Positions 19,331-29,452 of a DNA stretch of 64,000 bases are shown here, one piece after another. Source of the stretch: Arthrobacter sp. (lineage in GTDB: Bacteria; Actinomycetota; Actinomycetes; Actinomycetales; Micrococcaceae); NCBI RefSeq assembly GCF_048266065.1, contig NZ_JBLXAH010000005.1, forward strand, positions 117,135 through 181,134. Direction: 5' to 3'. Position 1 is the first letter of the stretch; each line of letters begins with the position of its first letter. Under the pieces are notes generated by a model. The model searched no databases and was not told the origin of the DNA. It saw only the letters and a list, made by a program, of their open reading frames with translations. Both the position numbers and the translations under genes were made by a program.

Positions 19331-20100
19331 CGTGTGCCTTCCTGGTCATCGGATGCGGGTTTCTCGTCAATGGACAGGCGCCCGGTGGCTGCCTGTCCGT
19401 GCTCGTTCGGATCCCACCGGGTCGTGGGTGGTGTTTCGCCACGCAGCTCGGCTACACCGTCCGTCAGGGCATCCATGATCCGGGTCGTTGCCTCGTTGAG
19501 GGCAGTCCGGGTCATTGGTTGGCCGCGGAGATCCGAAAGGTCCACTGGGGCCCCGACCAGGACGCGGACGCGCTTGCGGGGAAATATCCTGAGCGACTTC
19601 CCGTAGCGCGGAAGCACCTGTTGCGCCCCCCAGTGGGCAATCGGAACGACGGGCGCCCCTGTTTGCAGGGCCAGCCGGGCAGCGCCCGTGCGTCCGCGCA
19701 TCGGCCATTCATCCGGGTCGCGCGTCAGCGTCCCCTCCGGATAGATGATGATCACGTCGCCGGCGTCAAGGACTTCCCGCGCGACGGCCAGGGATCGGTT
19801 TGCGCTGCTGGAGGACCGCGTCACCGGAATCTGGCGCGAGGCACGCAGCGCCTTGCCGATCACCGGCACCCTGAACAGGGATTCCTTCGCCAGATAACGC
19901 GGTAGCCTCCCATGGTTGTAGAAGGCATGCCCGACGACCACGGGGTCGATCTCCGTGACGTGGTTCGGACAGGCGATGAACCCGCCCGCCGGCAACTTCT
20001 CGAAGCCCATCCAGGTCTTGGCCATGAGCAGGTTCATGAGCGGTCTGGCAATACCGGCCATCAGTCCAAAGACGAGCCGTTGCCCCTGTTGTCCGTCCAT
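19327..20100 (-). CDS. plsC: 1-acyl-sn-glycerol-3-phosphate acyltransferase
   Basis: NHVTEID, YPEGT, GAARLAL, VVPIAHWG. Confidence 0.88.
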   Translation of the reverse strand: MDGQQGQRLVFGLMAGIARPLMNLLMAKTWMGFEKLPAGGFIACPNHVTEIDPVVVGHAFYNHGRLPRYLAKESLFRVPVIGKALRASRQIPVTRSSSSANRSLAVAREVLDAGDVIIIYPEGTLTRDPDEWPMRGRTGAARLALQTGAPVVPIAHWGAQQVLPRYGKSLRIFPRKRVRVLVGAPVDLSDLRGQPMTRTALNEATTRIMDALTDGVAELRGETPPTTRWDPNEHGQAATGRLSIDEKPASDDQEGTR

Positions 20101-20106
20101 GACCGC

Positions 20107-21441
20107 TTACGCGACGTCGGCGGTTTCGCCGATTTCGACGCGGGCTCCGAGGCCATGGAGCTTGTCCAGGAACTTCTCGTAGCCGCGGCTGATCAGTTCA
20201 ATGCCGGTCACGTGGCTCGTCCCGTCGGCCGCCAGGGCCGCGATGAGGTGGGAGAATCCGCCGCGGAGGTCGGGAATGTCGATGTCCCGGCCGACGAGCT
20301 GCACCGGCCCCGTGATGACCGCCGAGTGCTGGAAGTTCCGCTGGCCGAAGCGGCAGGGAACTGCACCGAGGCACTCACGGTGCAATTGGATGGTGGCTCC
20401 CATGCGTACCAGGGCATCGGTGAACCCGAACCGGTTCTCGTACACGGTCTCGTGGACGATCGAGACGCCGTGGGCCTGCGTCAGGGCCACCACGAGCGGC
20501 TGTTGCCAGTCGGTCATGAATCCGGGGTGCACGTCGGTTTCCAGCACCAGGGGCTTGAGCTCGCCGCCGGGGTGGAAGAAACGGATGCCGTCGTCGTGGA
20601 CTTCGAAATCGCCACCGACCTTGCGGTAGGTGTTCAGGAACGAGGTGAGGTCCTGCTGGTCGGCGCCCTCGACGTAGATGTCGCCGCGGGTGACCAGCGC
20701 AGCGGAAGCCCAAGAGGCGCCCTCGTTGCGGTCGGGGATGGCCTTGTGGTTGTAGCCGTGCAGTTCCCGTACACCCTCGATGCGGATGACGCGATCGGTC
20801 TGCACCGTGATGATGGCGCCCATCTTCTGCAGCAGGGCGATGAGGTCCATGATCTCGGGTTCGACGGCGGCGCCGCTGAGTTCGGTGATGCCCTCGGCGC
20901 GGACCGCGGTGAGCAGGACCTGCTCGGTGGCGCCGACGCTGGGGTAGGGCAGCGCGACCTTGGCACCCTTGAGGCCATGCGGGGCGCTGATGGCGATGCC
21001 ATTGGGGCGCTTGTCCACCACGGCACCGAAATTGCGCAGGACCTCCAGGTGGAAGTCGATGGGCCGGTCGCCGATCCGGCATCCACCGAGGTCGGGGATG
21101 AACGCCTCACCGATGCTGTGGATCAGCGGACCACAGAAGAGGATGGGGATACGTGAGTCGCCGGCGTGCGCGTCGATTTCGTTCGACGGGGCGGTCTTGG
21201 CTCCCTGCGGGTCCAGGGTGAGGTCACCCGTGCCCGGATCCTTGCTGACCTTGACCCCGTGGATCTGCAGCAGGCTGGTGACGACGTCGACGTCCTTGAT
21301 TTCCGGCACATTGCGCAGTACCGACGGCGTATTGCCCAGCAACGAGGCCACCATGGCCTTCGGAACCAGGTTCTTGGCCCCCCTGACCTTTACTCTCCCC
21401 TTCAGCGGCACTCCGCCGTGGATAGTCAGGACCTTGCCCAT
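20107..21441 (-). CDS. murA: UDP-N-acetylglucosamine 1-carboxyvinyltransferase
   Basis: GAKN, LGGCRIGDRPIDFH, SVGAT, PGFMTD, YENRF, DLRGG. Confidence 0.95.
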   Translation of the reverse strand: MGKVLTIHGGVPLKGRVKVRGAKNLVPKAMVASLLGNTPSVLRNVPEIKDVDVVTSLLQIHGVKVSKDPGTGDLTLDPQGAKTAPSNEIDAHAGDSRIPILFCGPLIHSIGEAFIPDLGGCRIGDRPIDFHLEVLRNFGAVVDKRPNGIAISAPHGLKGAKVALPYPSVGATEQVLLTAVRAEGITELSGAAVEPEIMDLIALLQKMGAIITVQTDRVIRIEGVRELHGYNHKAIPDRNEGASWASAALVTRGDIYVEGADQQDLTSFLNTYRKVGGDFEVHDDGIRFFHPGGELKPLVLETDVHPGFMTDWQQPLVVALTQAHGVSIVHETVYENRFGFTDALVRMGATIQLHRECLGAVPCRFGQRNFQHSAVITGPVQLVGRDIDIPDLRGGFSHLIAALAADGTSHVTGIELISRGYEKFLDKLHGLGARVEIGETADVA

Positions 21442-21520
21442 GTATCAAAACCTCACACTTGTCTGGGTTCTTCGAAATCTCCGAAGGTTCCCGGTAAGCA
21501 TACAGCCCGGGGGCACGCCA

Positions 21521-21548
21521 GCTCCGGAACACGGAGCCATTCCGGAGC
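21521..21548 (-). terminator. Hairpin after leuD (putative terminator)
   Basis: GCTCCGGAA...TTCCGGAGC 9-bp inverted repeat between the leuD stop and the murA promoter. Confidence 0.45.
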
Positions 21549-21586
21549 GGTGATTCGCTGCCAGCGGAAGGACGTGCCGACCGGGC

Positions 21587-22189
21587 TCAGGAGTGCCGGG
21601 CGGGAAGGGTCTTCGGCTTCCAGGTCGGCCGCGTTGCCTCATAGGCGGTGATGTCCGGTTCCTGCTGAAGCGTCAGCCCAATGTCGTCCAGTCCTTCCAT
21701 CAGCCGCCACCGGGTGTAGTCGTCGATCTGGAAGGGCGCGGTGATCGATCCGCAGCTCACCGTGCGGGATTCGAGGTCCACCGTGACGGTGGTCCCCGGG
21801 TGGTTGTCCAGTTCCTTCCAAATGAGCTCGATGTCACCCTGGGCCACCTGAGCGGCAACCAAGCCCTGCTTGCCGGAGTTCCCCCGGAAGATGTCCCCGA
21901 ACCGGGAGGACAGCACGGCACGGAATCCGTAGTCCTTCAGCGCCCAGACCGCGTGCTCGCGGGAGGAGCCGGTGCCGAAGTCGGGGCCCGCCACGAGGAC
22001 CGAACCGTCGGAGTAGGGCTCCTGGTTGAGCACGAACTCGGGATCCTTGCGCCAGCGGGCGAAGAGCGCGTCATCGAAGCCGGTGCGCGTGATGCGTTTG
22101 AGGTAGACGGCGGGGATGATCTGGTCGGTGTCGACGTCTGATTGGCGCAGCGGCACGCCGACACCTGTGTGGGTGGTGATCTTTTCCAT
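21587..22189 (-). CDS. leuD: 3-isopropylmalate dehydratase small subunit
   Basis: [38 protein letters not shown]. Confidence 0.96.
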   Translation of the reverse strand: MEKITTHTGVGVPLRQSDVDTDQIIPAVYLKRITRTGFDDALFARWRKDPEFVLNQEPYSDGSVLVAGPDFGTGSSREHAVWALKDYGFRAVLSSRFGDIFRGNSGKQGLVAAQVAQGDIELIWKELDNHPGTTVTVDLESRTVSCGSITAPFQIDDYTRWRLMEGLDDIGLTLQQEPDITAYEATRPTWKPKTLPARHS

Positions 22190-22201
22190 GTTCGGGTGTC
22201 C

Positions 22202-23677
22202 TTACGCGGCGGATGCGGCGGCTGCGCCGTCGATCGGGTCCAGGTCGGAGGGTGAGCTGAGCGTGCCGCGGACCGCGGTGGCGGCGGCGACCAGGGGCGA
22301 GACCAGGTGGGTGCGCCCGCCCTTGCCCTGCCGGCCCTCGAAGTTGCGGTTGGAGGTCGAGGCGCAGCGCTCCCCCTCTTCCAGCTGGTCGGGGTTCATC
22401 CCCAGACACATGGAGCAGCCGGCGAACCGCCATTCGGCACCGAAGTCCTTGAAGACCTGGTCCAGCCCCTCGGCTTCGGCTTCCAGCCGCACCCGGGCGG
22501 ACCCGGGGACGACGATCATGCGGATGTCCGGGTCCTTCTGCCGTCCTCGGATGATCTCTGCTGCGGTGCGCAGGTCCTCCATGCGGGAGTTGGTGCACGA
22601 CCCCAAAAAGACGGTGTCCACGCGGATGTCCTTCATCGGGGTTCCCGCGGTCAGTCCCATGTATTCCAGCGCCCGTTCGCAGGCGGCGCGGGCGTTCTCG
22701 TCCTCGAAGTCCTCCGGCGCGGGAACCGGCCGGGAAAGTGAAACGCCCTGTCCGGGGTTGGTCCCCCAGGTGACGAAGGGCTCCAGCTCGTCGGCGTTGA
22801 TGTTGACCTCGGCGTCGAAGGTGGCGTCATCATCGGTGCGCAACGTCGTCCAGTACTCGACGGCGGCGTCCCAGTCCTGCCCTTGGGGTGCGTGGGGGCG
22901 GCCCTGGAGGTAGTCGAAGGTCGTCTGGTCCGGCGCAACCATGCCCGCGCGTGCGCCGGCCTCGATGGACATGTTGCAGATGGTCATGCGGGCTTCCATG
23001 GACAGCGCACGGATGGCGGAGCCACGGTATTCCAGCACGTAGCCCTGACCGCCGCCAGTGCCGATCTTGGCGATGACGGCCAGGATGATGTCCTTGGAGG
23101 TGACGCCGGGGCGCAGCGTTCCCTCGACGTTGATCGCCATGGTCTTGAACGGCTTGAGCGAAAGCGTCTGGGTGGCCATGACGTGCTCGACCTCGGACGT
23201 TCCGATGCCGAACGCCAAAGCCCCGAAGGCCCCGTGGGTGGAGGTGTGGGAGTCACCGCAGACGACGGTGACCCCGGGCTGGGTCAGGCCGAGCTGGGGT
23301 CCGACCACGTGGACGATCCCCTGTTCCTTGTCGCCCAGCGGGTGCAGCCGGACGCCGAATTCGGCGCAATTGCTGCGCAGCGTCTCGATCTGTGTTCGCG
23401 ACGTCAGATCGGCGATGGGCTTGTCGATTTCCAGCGTCGGCGTGTTGTGGTCCTCGGTGGCGATGGTCAGATCGGGCCGGCGCAGCGGACGCCCGGCCAA
23501 ACGCAGTCCCTCAAAGGCCTGAGGGGAGGTGACCTCGTGAATCAGGTGAAGGTCGATGTAGATGAGGTCCGGCCGTTTGGCGTCGCCCTGACCGCCGCCC
23601 TCCTGGACAACGTGGGCATTCCACACCTTTTCGGCCAGCGTCTGCGACGCTCCGACGGATACCTGCGGTGACGACAT
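22202..23677 (-). CDS. leuC: 3-isopropylmalate dehydratase large subunit
   Basis: [40 protein letters not shown]. Confidence 0.97.
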   Translation of the reverse strand: MSSPQVSVGASQTLAEKVWNAHVVQEGGGQGDAKRPDLIYIDLHLIHEVTSPQAFEGLRLAGRPLRRPDLTIATEDHNTPTLEIDKPIADLTSRTQIETLRSNCAEFGVRLHPLGDKEQGIVHVVGPQLGLTQPGVTVVCGDSHTSTHGAFGALAFGIGTSEVEHVMATQTLSLKPFKTMAINVEGTLRPGVTSKDIILAVIAKIGTGGGQGYVLEYRGSAIRALSMEARMTICNMSIEAGARAGMVAPDQTTFDYLQGRPHAPQGQDWDAAVEYWTTLRTDDDATFDAEVNINADELEPFVTWGTNPGQGVSLSRPVPAPEDFEDENARAACERALEYMGLTAGTPMKDIRVDTVFLGSCTNSRMEDLRTAAEIIRGRQKDPDIRMIVVPGSARVRLEAEAEGLDQVFKDFGAEWRFAGCSMCLGMNPDQLEEGERCASTSNRNFEGRQGKGGRTHLVSPLVAAATAVRGTLSSPSDLDPIDGAAAASAA

Positions 23678-23755
23678 ATCGGTTTTCCTCCTGGAATCTT
23701 GCCTCCCTCCAAGGAAACCACCGCTCGACGATGCAGTGCCAGCACTTCGCCGTGC

Positions 23756-23772
23756 ATCTCAAATGCTGAGAC
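23756..23772. promoter_or_regulatory. Putative IclR/NdgR operator between divergent leuC and iclR
   Basis: ATCTCA-AATGC-TGAGAC inverted repeat, just upstream of -10 TAGTAT (23775-23780) of the leaderless iclR gene. Confidence 0.7.
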
Positions 23773-23786
23773 GGTAGTATCAAATC

Positions 23787-24506
23787 ATGGACACACCCAG
23801 TGGAGTCGGAGTCATCGACAAGGCAGCCCTCGTCCTCGACTCGCTCGAGGCGGGACCCATCAGCCTGGCGCAGCTGGTGGCCGCGACGGGCCTCTCAAGG
23901 CCGACCGTGCACCGGCTGGCCCAGGCGCTGGTGCATCACCGGCTGGCGGCCAAGGACATCCACGGACGCTTCATGTTGGGCAGCCGACTCGTCGAGCTGG
24001 CCTCGGCAGCCGGCGAGGACAGGTTGATCGCCGCGGCAGGTCCTCTGCTGATCCAGCTCCGCGATGCCACCGGCGAGAGTTCGCAGGTATTCCGCCGCCA
24101 AGGCGACCACCGAGTGTGCGTGGCTTCGGCGGAACGCCCCGTGGGCCTGCGCGACACCATCCCGGTGGGAACCCAGCTATCCATGAAGGCCGGATCTGCC
24201 GCCCAGGTCCTCCTGGCCTGGGAGGACCACGAGCGCCTGCTCCATGGGCTCAACCATGCCCGCTTCTCCCCCACCATTCTGGCCGGGGTCCGCCGTCGGG
24301 GTTGGGCCCAGTCACTCGGCGAACGCGAACAGGGCGTCGCCTCGGTTTCTGCCCCCGTCCGCGGGCCGTCCGGGAGGGTCATCGCCGCGGTCTCCATTTC
24401 CGGGCCCATCGAACGTCTGACCCGCCAACCGGGCAAGGCGCATTCGGAGATCGTCTGCCGGATCGCCGCCCAGCTCAGCGAGGCGTTGAGGAAGCCATCC
24501 TCCTAG
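23787..24506 (+). CDS. IclR family regulator divergent from leuCD (NdgR/LtbR-like)
   Basis: GVIDKA..VL, TGLSRPTVHRL HTH, SVSAPV, ISISGP; conserved position opposite leuC. Confidence 0.92.
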   Translation: MDTPSGVGVIDKAALVLDSLEAGPISLAQLVAATGLSRPTVHRLAQALVHHRLAAKDIHGRFMLGSRLVELASAAGEDRLIAAAGPLLIQLRDATGESSQVFRRQGDHRVCVASAERPVGLRDTIPVGTQLSMKAGSAAQVLLAWEDHERLLHGLNHARFSPTILAGVRRRGWAQSLGEREQGVASVSAPVRGPSGRVIAAVSISGPIERLTRQPGKAHSEIVCRIAAQLSEALRKPSS

Positions 24507-24527
24507 CCGCCCGTCTGGCCGCAACGC

Positions 24528-25157
24528 TCAGTATGGCCAGCTCCACCCACCATTGCTGTTGGGGTCGTAGACCACCGTTCCGCTCTCGTACGGGACATCC
24601 AGCACGATCTTGCCGCTGACCTTTTGTCCGGGGTTGACCAGCGCGGGTGCCAATACGTCGTCGCCCAGGCAGCCCCAGGCCGATTCGGAAGCCACTTTCC
24701 GGTCGATGACCCCGTGGGGGTCAGTGACCGAGAAGGCTTGGGACACCAGCGGCATGAACAGCTCATCCGCAGAGCCGGAGACTTCCTTCGAGATGCCGCG
24801 GTCCAGGCTGGCTTCGACATCGAGGATGAGGAAGGTGCCATTCTCCGGGGTCATTCGGAAATTGCCGACGCGGGCGGGACAATCCCGTGCCACGGTGATC
24901 TTGCTGACTTCCAGGGAGAAGAGCTTCTTTCCGTCTTCGGCTGCCAGGACGGCAGCGTCTCCGACGTCCTTTTCGACGTTGTCCAACCGGTCCGTGGTGA
25001 CGTCGGCACCGCTGGACGGGTCCACACTCAGGGCTTCGGGGCCCTGCTGCTGGAGCTCGGGTGCCTTCGTCGATTGGGCAGCCACGGTTCCGAGAACCAC
25101 CGACCCCGCCAGGACGACGGCGCCACCGGCAACACAGAGGGTGCGCTTGATGTTCAT
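24528..25157 (-). CDS. Secreted/anchored hypothetical protein, possibly DUF4352/MPT63-like Ig fold
   Basis: N-terminal signal or TM segment; C-terminal ..VNPGQKVSGKIVLDVP..VVYDP pattern; two Cys; 4 bp after the upstream stop. Confidence 0.5.
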   Translation of the reverse strand: MNIKRTLCVAGGAVVLAGSVVLGTVAAQSTKAPELQQQGPEALSVDPSSGADVTTDRLDNVEKDVGDAAVLAAEDGKKLFSLEVSKITVARDCPARVGNFRMTPENGTFLILDVEASLDRGISKEVSGSADELFMPLVSQAFSVTDPHGVIDRKVASESAWGCLGDDVLAPALVNPGQKVSGKIVLDVPYESGTVVYDPNSNGGWSWPY

Positions 25158-25161
25158 TGTC

Positions 25162-26559
25162 TCAGTACCTCTTCAGGTAATCGCCGGACGCCACGGGAAT
25201 GCCCGACTTTTTCATGTAGGTGGCCATCTTCTTCGACGCCACGTAGGCCCAGACCTTGGCCCCGGAGGCGTCGGTGACCAGCTTGCGGTTGTAGTTCTGG
25301 TTGTCCAACGGCTTCTTCGGGTCGAACCGCTCCCAGCTGTCCATGTTCCTCAGCGTGGCGGTGTGGAGTGACGGCTTGAACTTCATGCGCTCGACGACTA
25401 CCTGCCCAGTTTGGGTGCCGGGGACCATGTAGGACCACCAGGTCTTGTCCCGTCGCAGGTAGAGGTTGTGTCCGACGACGGTGGTCCTTTTCTCGGAGGA
25501 CGTCTTGCCCTTGATCAGGAAGTAGGCGGACTGCCCGTGGCGCAATGTCCCGTAGACCGCGACGTCGTAGCGGTCATGGGTGGAGAGGTACGTGTTCTTG
25601 ATCCATCCGGTTCCCCGGGTCGTCTTGACGTTGGACCATCCGGAGCGGGTCGCGAGGTATTCGACTTTGCTCCAGGCATTGATGGTCCCCAGGGAACGGT
25701 GCTTGGTGCCGTCGCCGGTCCGGACATTGACCTTGCTGGTGGCCCACCGGTAGGCCTTGGGTTTGAGGATGCTCACGGGCTTTTTTTTCAAGCCAGCCGA
25801 GCTGACCCAGCCTGCGCCGGAAGATGACTTGACGTAGTCCCAGCCGGATGTGGATCGGAACCATTCGACCTTGGTGTCCTTGGAAAAGGTCGCCGTCTTC
25901 TTGGCGCCGGCTCGGATCGTCGCAAAGCCCGCCATGGAGGACTTCGCCCAGCGGTACACGGGTGCCGGGTTCTTGTCGGACAAGGAGGCCGCTGGAACGT
26001 AGCCGGTCTTGGTGTTGACCTTGACCTGACGCCACGCGCCCGAGCTGCCCAGATACTGAACACGCGTCCTGCGCTGGATCCCGGTCACCGCCGTCGAGGA
26101 TGTGGATGCCGACTTCTGCAGGATCGTGTATTTCGTCATGTACCGGTAGACCGTTTTCGGTGCGGTGGTCTTCGTGGTGGTCTTGAGGTACTTCGAGCTG
26201 GCCCACCCGGTCTTGCCGGCCGCCTTGACCCGCCACCACTGTCCCGATTTCTTGCCGGTGGGGACCACGACGGTGCCCTTTTTCAGGACGGCTAGGCTGC
26301 GGTGTTTGGTGGCCGCCCCGGTCCGTAGGTGGACGTTCGCCGTCGTGCGGACAGTTTTCGCCGTGGTGGCCCGAGCAACACTCAGCCCAGCGGCGACCGG
26401 GGAGGCCGAGGACATCTGGGGCACCCCCGACGACGTCAGGGTTCCTTGTTGCGGCGCCGCGACCACGGCCATTTCCACAGCGTGGGCCGGAATGACGGGA
26501 GCACCCAGGAGGACCAGGCTCAGGACGACGCCGGCACCTCGTCTGAGGCGACGCCCCAT
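25162..26559 (-). CDS. Secreted protein: four SH3b domains + C-terminal gamma-glutamylcyclotransferase (GGACT/AIG2-like) domain
   Basis: Signal peptide ending AHA; four repeats such as VHLRTG..W.RVK..GKTGWASSKYL; C-terminal VAVYGTLRHG, MDSWER..YNR, VWAYV, SGDY. Confidence 0.8.
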   Translation of the reverse strand: MGRRLRRGAGVVLSLVLLGAPVIPAHAVEMAVVAAPQQGTLTSSGVPQMSSASPVAAGLSVARATTAKTVRTTANVHLRTGAATKHRSLAVLKKGTVVVPTGKKSGQWWRVKAAGKTGWASSKYLKTTTKTTAPKTVYRYMTKYTILQKSASTSSTAVTGIQRRTRVQYLGSSGAWRQVKVNTKTGYVPAASLSDKNPAPVYRWAKSSMAGFATIRAGAKKTATFSKDTKVEWFRSTSGWDYVKSSSGAGWVSSAGLKKKPVSILKPKAYRWATSKVNVRTGDGTKHRSLGTINAWSKVEYLATRSGWSNVKTTRGTGWIKNTYLSTHDRYDVAVYGTLRHGQSAYFLIKGKTSSEKRTTVVGHNLYLRRDKTWWSYMVPGTQTGQVVVERMKFKPSLHTATLRNMDSWERFDPKKPLDNQNYNRKLVTDASGAKVWAYVASKKMATYMKKSGIPVASGDYLKRY

Positions 26560-26703
26560 CTCGTCGATCCCGGTGCCGTCGTTTCCGCGACCGCGCGAAA
26601 ACGTGTACCCCCATGGCCCCATGAAAGCGCCTCTCCCCCATTTATCCAGCTGTACGAGCAAACCTGAAAAGCAGATTAGCCCACAAATGGGGGAATGAGA
26701 ATT

Positions 26704-27762
26704 CTATCCGCCGAAGTGGTCAAAGCCTGGTCCGCGGAGGGCTTCACGCGCCTCCTGGAGTGGCTGGGAATCCAAGAGCACTGGCGGGGCGCCCGTACCT
26801 GAGTGTTCTGTGACCTGCCCAGCTTCTACGACCGAGCCAACAGGGTGGAAACCTGCCGGAAGCGTCGTGCTTCTCGGGAAACAAGCCAGCAGGCCATGGT
26901 CTTCGCCCCCGGCCAGCACCCAGTCCAAGGCGTCGCCGCCGAGCCGCTCTGCTGCAGCCGTCACGTCGATTCCCCCAGACGACATCTCGGCGAGCAGGCG
27001 ATGGAGCGCTGCCGCTTCCAGGTTGATGGCGACAGAGCTGGCGCGGGCAATGCGTCCTCCGTCCCTCACCAGTCCATCGGAGATGTCCATCATGGCATTG
27101 GCTCCTGCCGCGGACGCGGCAGGACCCGCCCACAGCGGTGGACGCGGGCGGCAGTGCAGCGCGACAAGGTTCCGCGCGGCATCGTCGAGCGTCGCATGGG
27201 GCAACTCAGATTCCAGCAGGGACAGGCCAGCGGCGGCCGCCCCGAGGACGCCGCACACAGCCACGACGTCGCCTGGACGCGCGCCGCTGCGCAGGACGGC
27301 GGGTCCTGTCAGGGACCCGGTGAGGGCAGCCGTGATCGACAACTCCCCGCCCGAGCTCAGGTCGCCGCCGGCCAGACCGCAGCGCTGAGCGCCCAACTCA
27401 CGGACGGCTGCAGTGAAACCCTCGGCGATGCCTTCGGCCCATACCACCGGGGTGGCCGGCGGCAGCGTGAGGCTGATGACAGCTGCGGTGGCCACTGCCC
27501 CCATGGCGTTGATGTCCGAGAGGTTTTGGGCCGCGGATTTCCAACCGACGTCGTAGCCGGTACTGCGGTAGCCGTTGCGCCATAGAAGCCGGAAGTCCTG
27601 GTCCTGGACCAGGGTGTCGACGGTGAAAACGAAACGGCCGCCGGGTGCCTCGATCACCGCCGCGTCGTCGCCGGGCCCGAGCAGCATGTCTGCACCGTGG
27701 AGCCGGGGAAGGATGCGTTCCAGAAGTCCGGACTCCCCCAGCCCGGCGACGGTGAGTTGCAT
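26704..27762 (-). CDS. thiL: Thiamine-monophosphate kinase
   Basis: GESGLL, GPGDDAA, NLSDINAMG, GGDL, DISDGL, LAGGEDHGL. Confidence 0.93.
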   Translation of the reverse strand: MQLTVAGLGESGLLERILPRLHGADMLLGPGDDAAVIEAPGGRFVFTVDTLVQDQDFRLLWRNGYRSTGYDVGWKSAAQNLSDINAMGAVATAAVISLTLPPATPVVWAEGIAEGFTAAVRELGAQRCGLAGGDLSSGGELSITAALTGSLTGPAVLRSGARPGDVVAVCGVLGAAAAGLSLLESELPHATLDDAARNLVALHCRPRPPLWAGPAASAAGANAMMDISDGLVRDGGRIARASSVAINLEAAALHRLLAEMSSGGIDVTAAAERLGGDALDWVLAGGEDHGLLACFPRSTTLPAGFHPVGSVVEAGQVTEHSGTGAPPVLLDSQPLQEAREALRGPGFDHFGG

Positions 27763-27778
27763 GTCATCGGATGCTCTG

Positions 27779-29452
27779 TCAGCCACGGGCCCTCCGCACG
27801 GCATCGGCAAAGTCGTTGAAACGTTGGACTTCCGCGGCCACTGGTTCGGCGACCCCGCGACGGGCGACACGGGAGATTGATGCGGTCAACCTCCTGCGTG
27901 CCACCCGTGCACGACGGGAGGCCGCCATGCGGGCCAGGAGGCCTGTTGCCAGGCCCAGCACGATCCCCAGCAGGACCCCACCGACGAGCATCAGGGTTGG
28001 CACGGGAAAGCCCTCGACACGAGGGGCGGACGGAACATCGAGCTGCAGGTATCCCATGAGCGCCAACACGCCGAGCCAGCCGACTCCGCCCAACGCCACG
28101 GCGAGTGCGATCCACTGGAGAACGCCGACAATTGGCCACCACCAGGAACCCCGGCCCGCGCCGATGTCCGTGCGTGCGATCGCCTGGTCAAGCGTGTCCG
28201 TCAGAGTGTCTGAACTGGCACGTGCGGCGCGCCGAATGGATCCACGCCATGCTTCCGGGGCTCCGCTGCCGGCAAGCTCGGCGTAAGCGCGGACTGCGGA
28301 GTCGGCTTGGGCCCGCTGGGCAGGGCCAGGAGGGGGCAGGGATGTCCGGTTGACGGCCGGATTCACGTCCGTGCTGCTGAGGTTCAGCCGGCGTAGCGGA
28401 TCCGGCCGTAACCTTCCCAGCCAGCGAGTCACCGGCCATCCGGTGCGGGCGCGCGCCTTGAGCCGGTAGGACTTCCGAGTTGCCTCAACGACCGTTGCGA
28501 CGCCAGAAGCCTCGGCGAGTTGCTCGGACAGCCGCCGCTCTGCTGCCACTTGCGGCAGGGCAAGCCCCGATTCCCATGCCCTGCTGGCACCGGGGTCAAC
28601 AGCGGTCTCCCCAGCTGCCAATGCGTCGGCTGCGGCTGCGACGTCCTGCAGCAGCCGGTCGGTTGAAGCCGAGTGCTCGACTGCGACCGCGGCAATGGCC
28701 TCTCGGAGGCCCTCGATCCCCTCGCCACTCGTGGCGGAAACGGCGAGGATTCGGGGACGGCGCAGGCCTTCGGCCTCCAAGATGGACCGGAGTGATTTCA
28801 GTACGGGTCCACGGCTGTCGGCCCCGAGTCTGTCGATCTGGTTCAGCACCACGAGCGTGACACCGGAGTAGGAGGACATCGGCCGGATGAAATCATGGTG
28901 GACAGCGGCATCTGCGTACTTCTGCGGGTCGAGCACCCACACCAGGACATCCACCTGGCCGGCCAGGCGGGTCGACGTCTCGCGGTTCGCCGCGGTCGTC
29001 GAGTCGACATCCGGAAGATCGAGCAGGATAAGTCCGCTGGCCGACTCACGGTTCCGGCGCATCAGACCCGGCTTGACCGTGCCCAGAGGCTCGGCCAATT
29101 GGTGGCGCTCGCCAACCTGCAGCCAGTCCAGAAGTTCGGCAGCGCCTTCGGCTTCCCAGATGCCCGCGAGGGGCTCGCTGGTCGTGGGGCGCGTGGCTGC
29201 CGCGCGGGCGAGGTTGTGTCCGGTCACGGCGTTGAAGAGGGATGATTTCCCGCTGCCCGTGGCACCGAAAAAGCCCACGACCGTGTGCTCTGCGGAGAAG
29301 GACCGGCGCGCAGAAGCCCGTTCCACAACGGATTGTGCTTCTTCGATTCCTGTTTCCGTCACTCGTCCCTGACCGAGCTCGGTGGCCTGTTGCAGAGCCT
29401 CCAGCCTCAGCACGAGTGGTGAGGCCGCGCCGTCCTTGCGTCGTCGGCTCAT
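27779..29452 (-). CDS. Dynamin-like GTPase with C-terminal membrane hairpin (partner B)
   Basis: GATGSGKSS, RPTT, DLPDVD, DPQKYAD, LNQID; two C-terminal TM helices. Confidence 0.8.
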   Translation of the reverse strand: MSRRRKDGAASPLVLRLEALQQATELGQGRVTETGIEEAQSVVERASARRSFSAEHTVVGFFGATGSGKSSLFNAVTGHNLARAAATRPTTSEPLAGIWEAEGAAELLDWLQVGERHQLAEPLGTVKPGLMRRNRESASGLILLDLPDVDSTTAANRETSTRLAGQVDVLVWVLDPQKYADAAVHHDFIRPMSSYSGVTLVVLNQIDRLGADSRGPVLKSLRSILEAEGLRRPRILAVSATSGEGIEGLREAIAAVAVEHSASTDRLLQDVAAAADALAAGETAVDPGASRAWESGLALPQVAAERRLSEQLAEASGVATVVEATRKSYRLKARARTGWPVTRWLGRLRPDPLRRLNLSSTDVNPAVNRTSLPPPGPAQRAQADSAVRAYAELAGSGAPEAWRGSIRRAARASSDTLTDTLDQAIARTDIGAGRGSWWWPIVGVLQWIALAVALGGVGWLGVLALMGYLQLDVPSAPRVEGFPVPTLMLVGGVLLGIVLGLATGLLARMAASRRARVARRRLTASISRVARRGVAEPVAAEVQRFNDFADAVRRARG

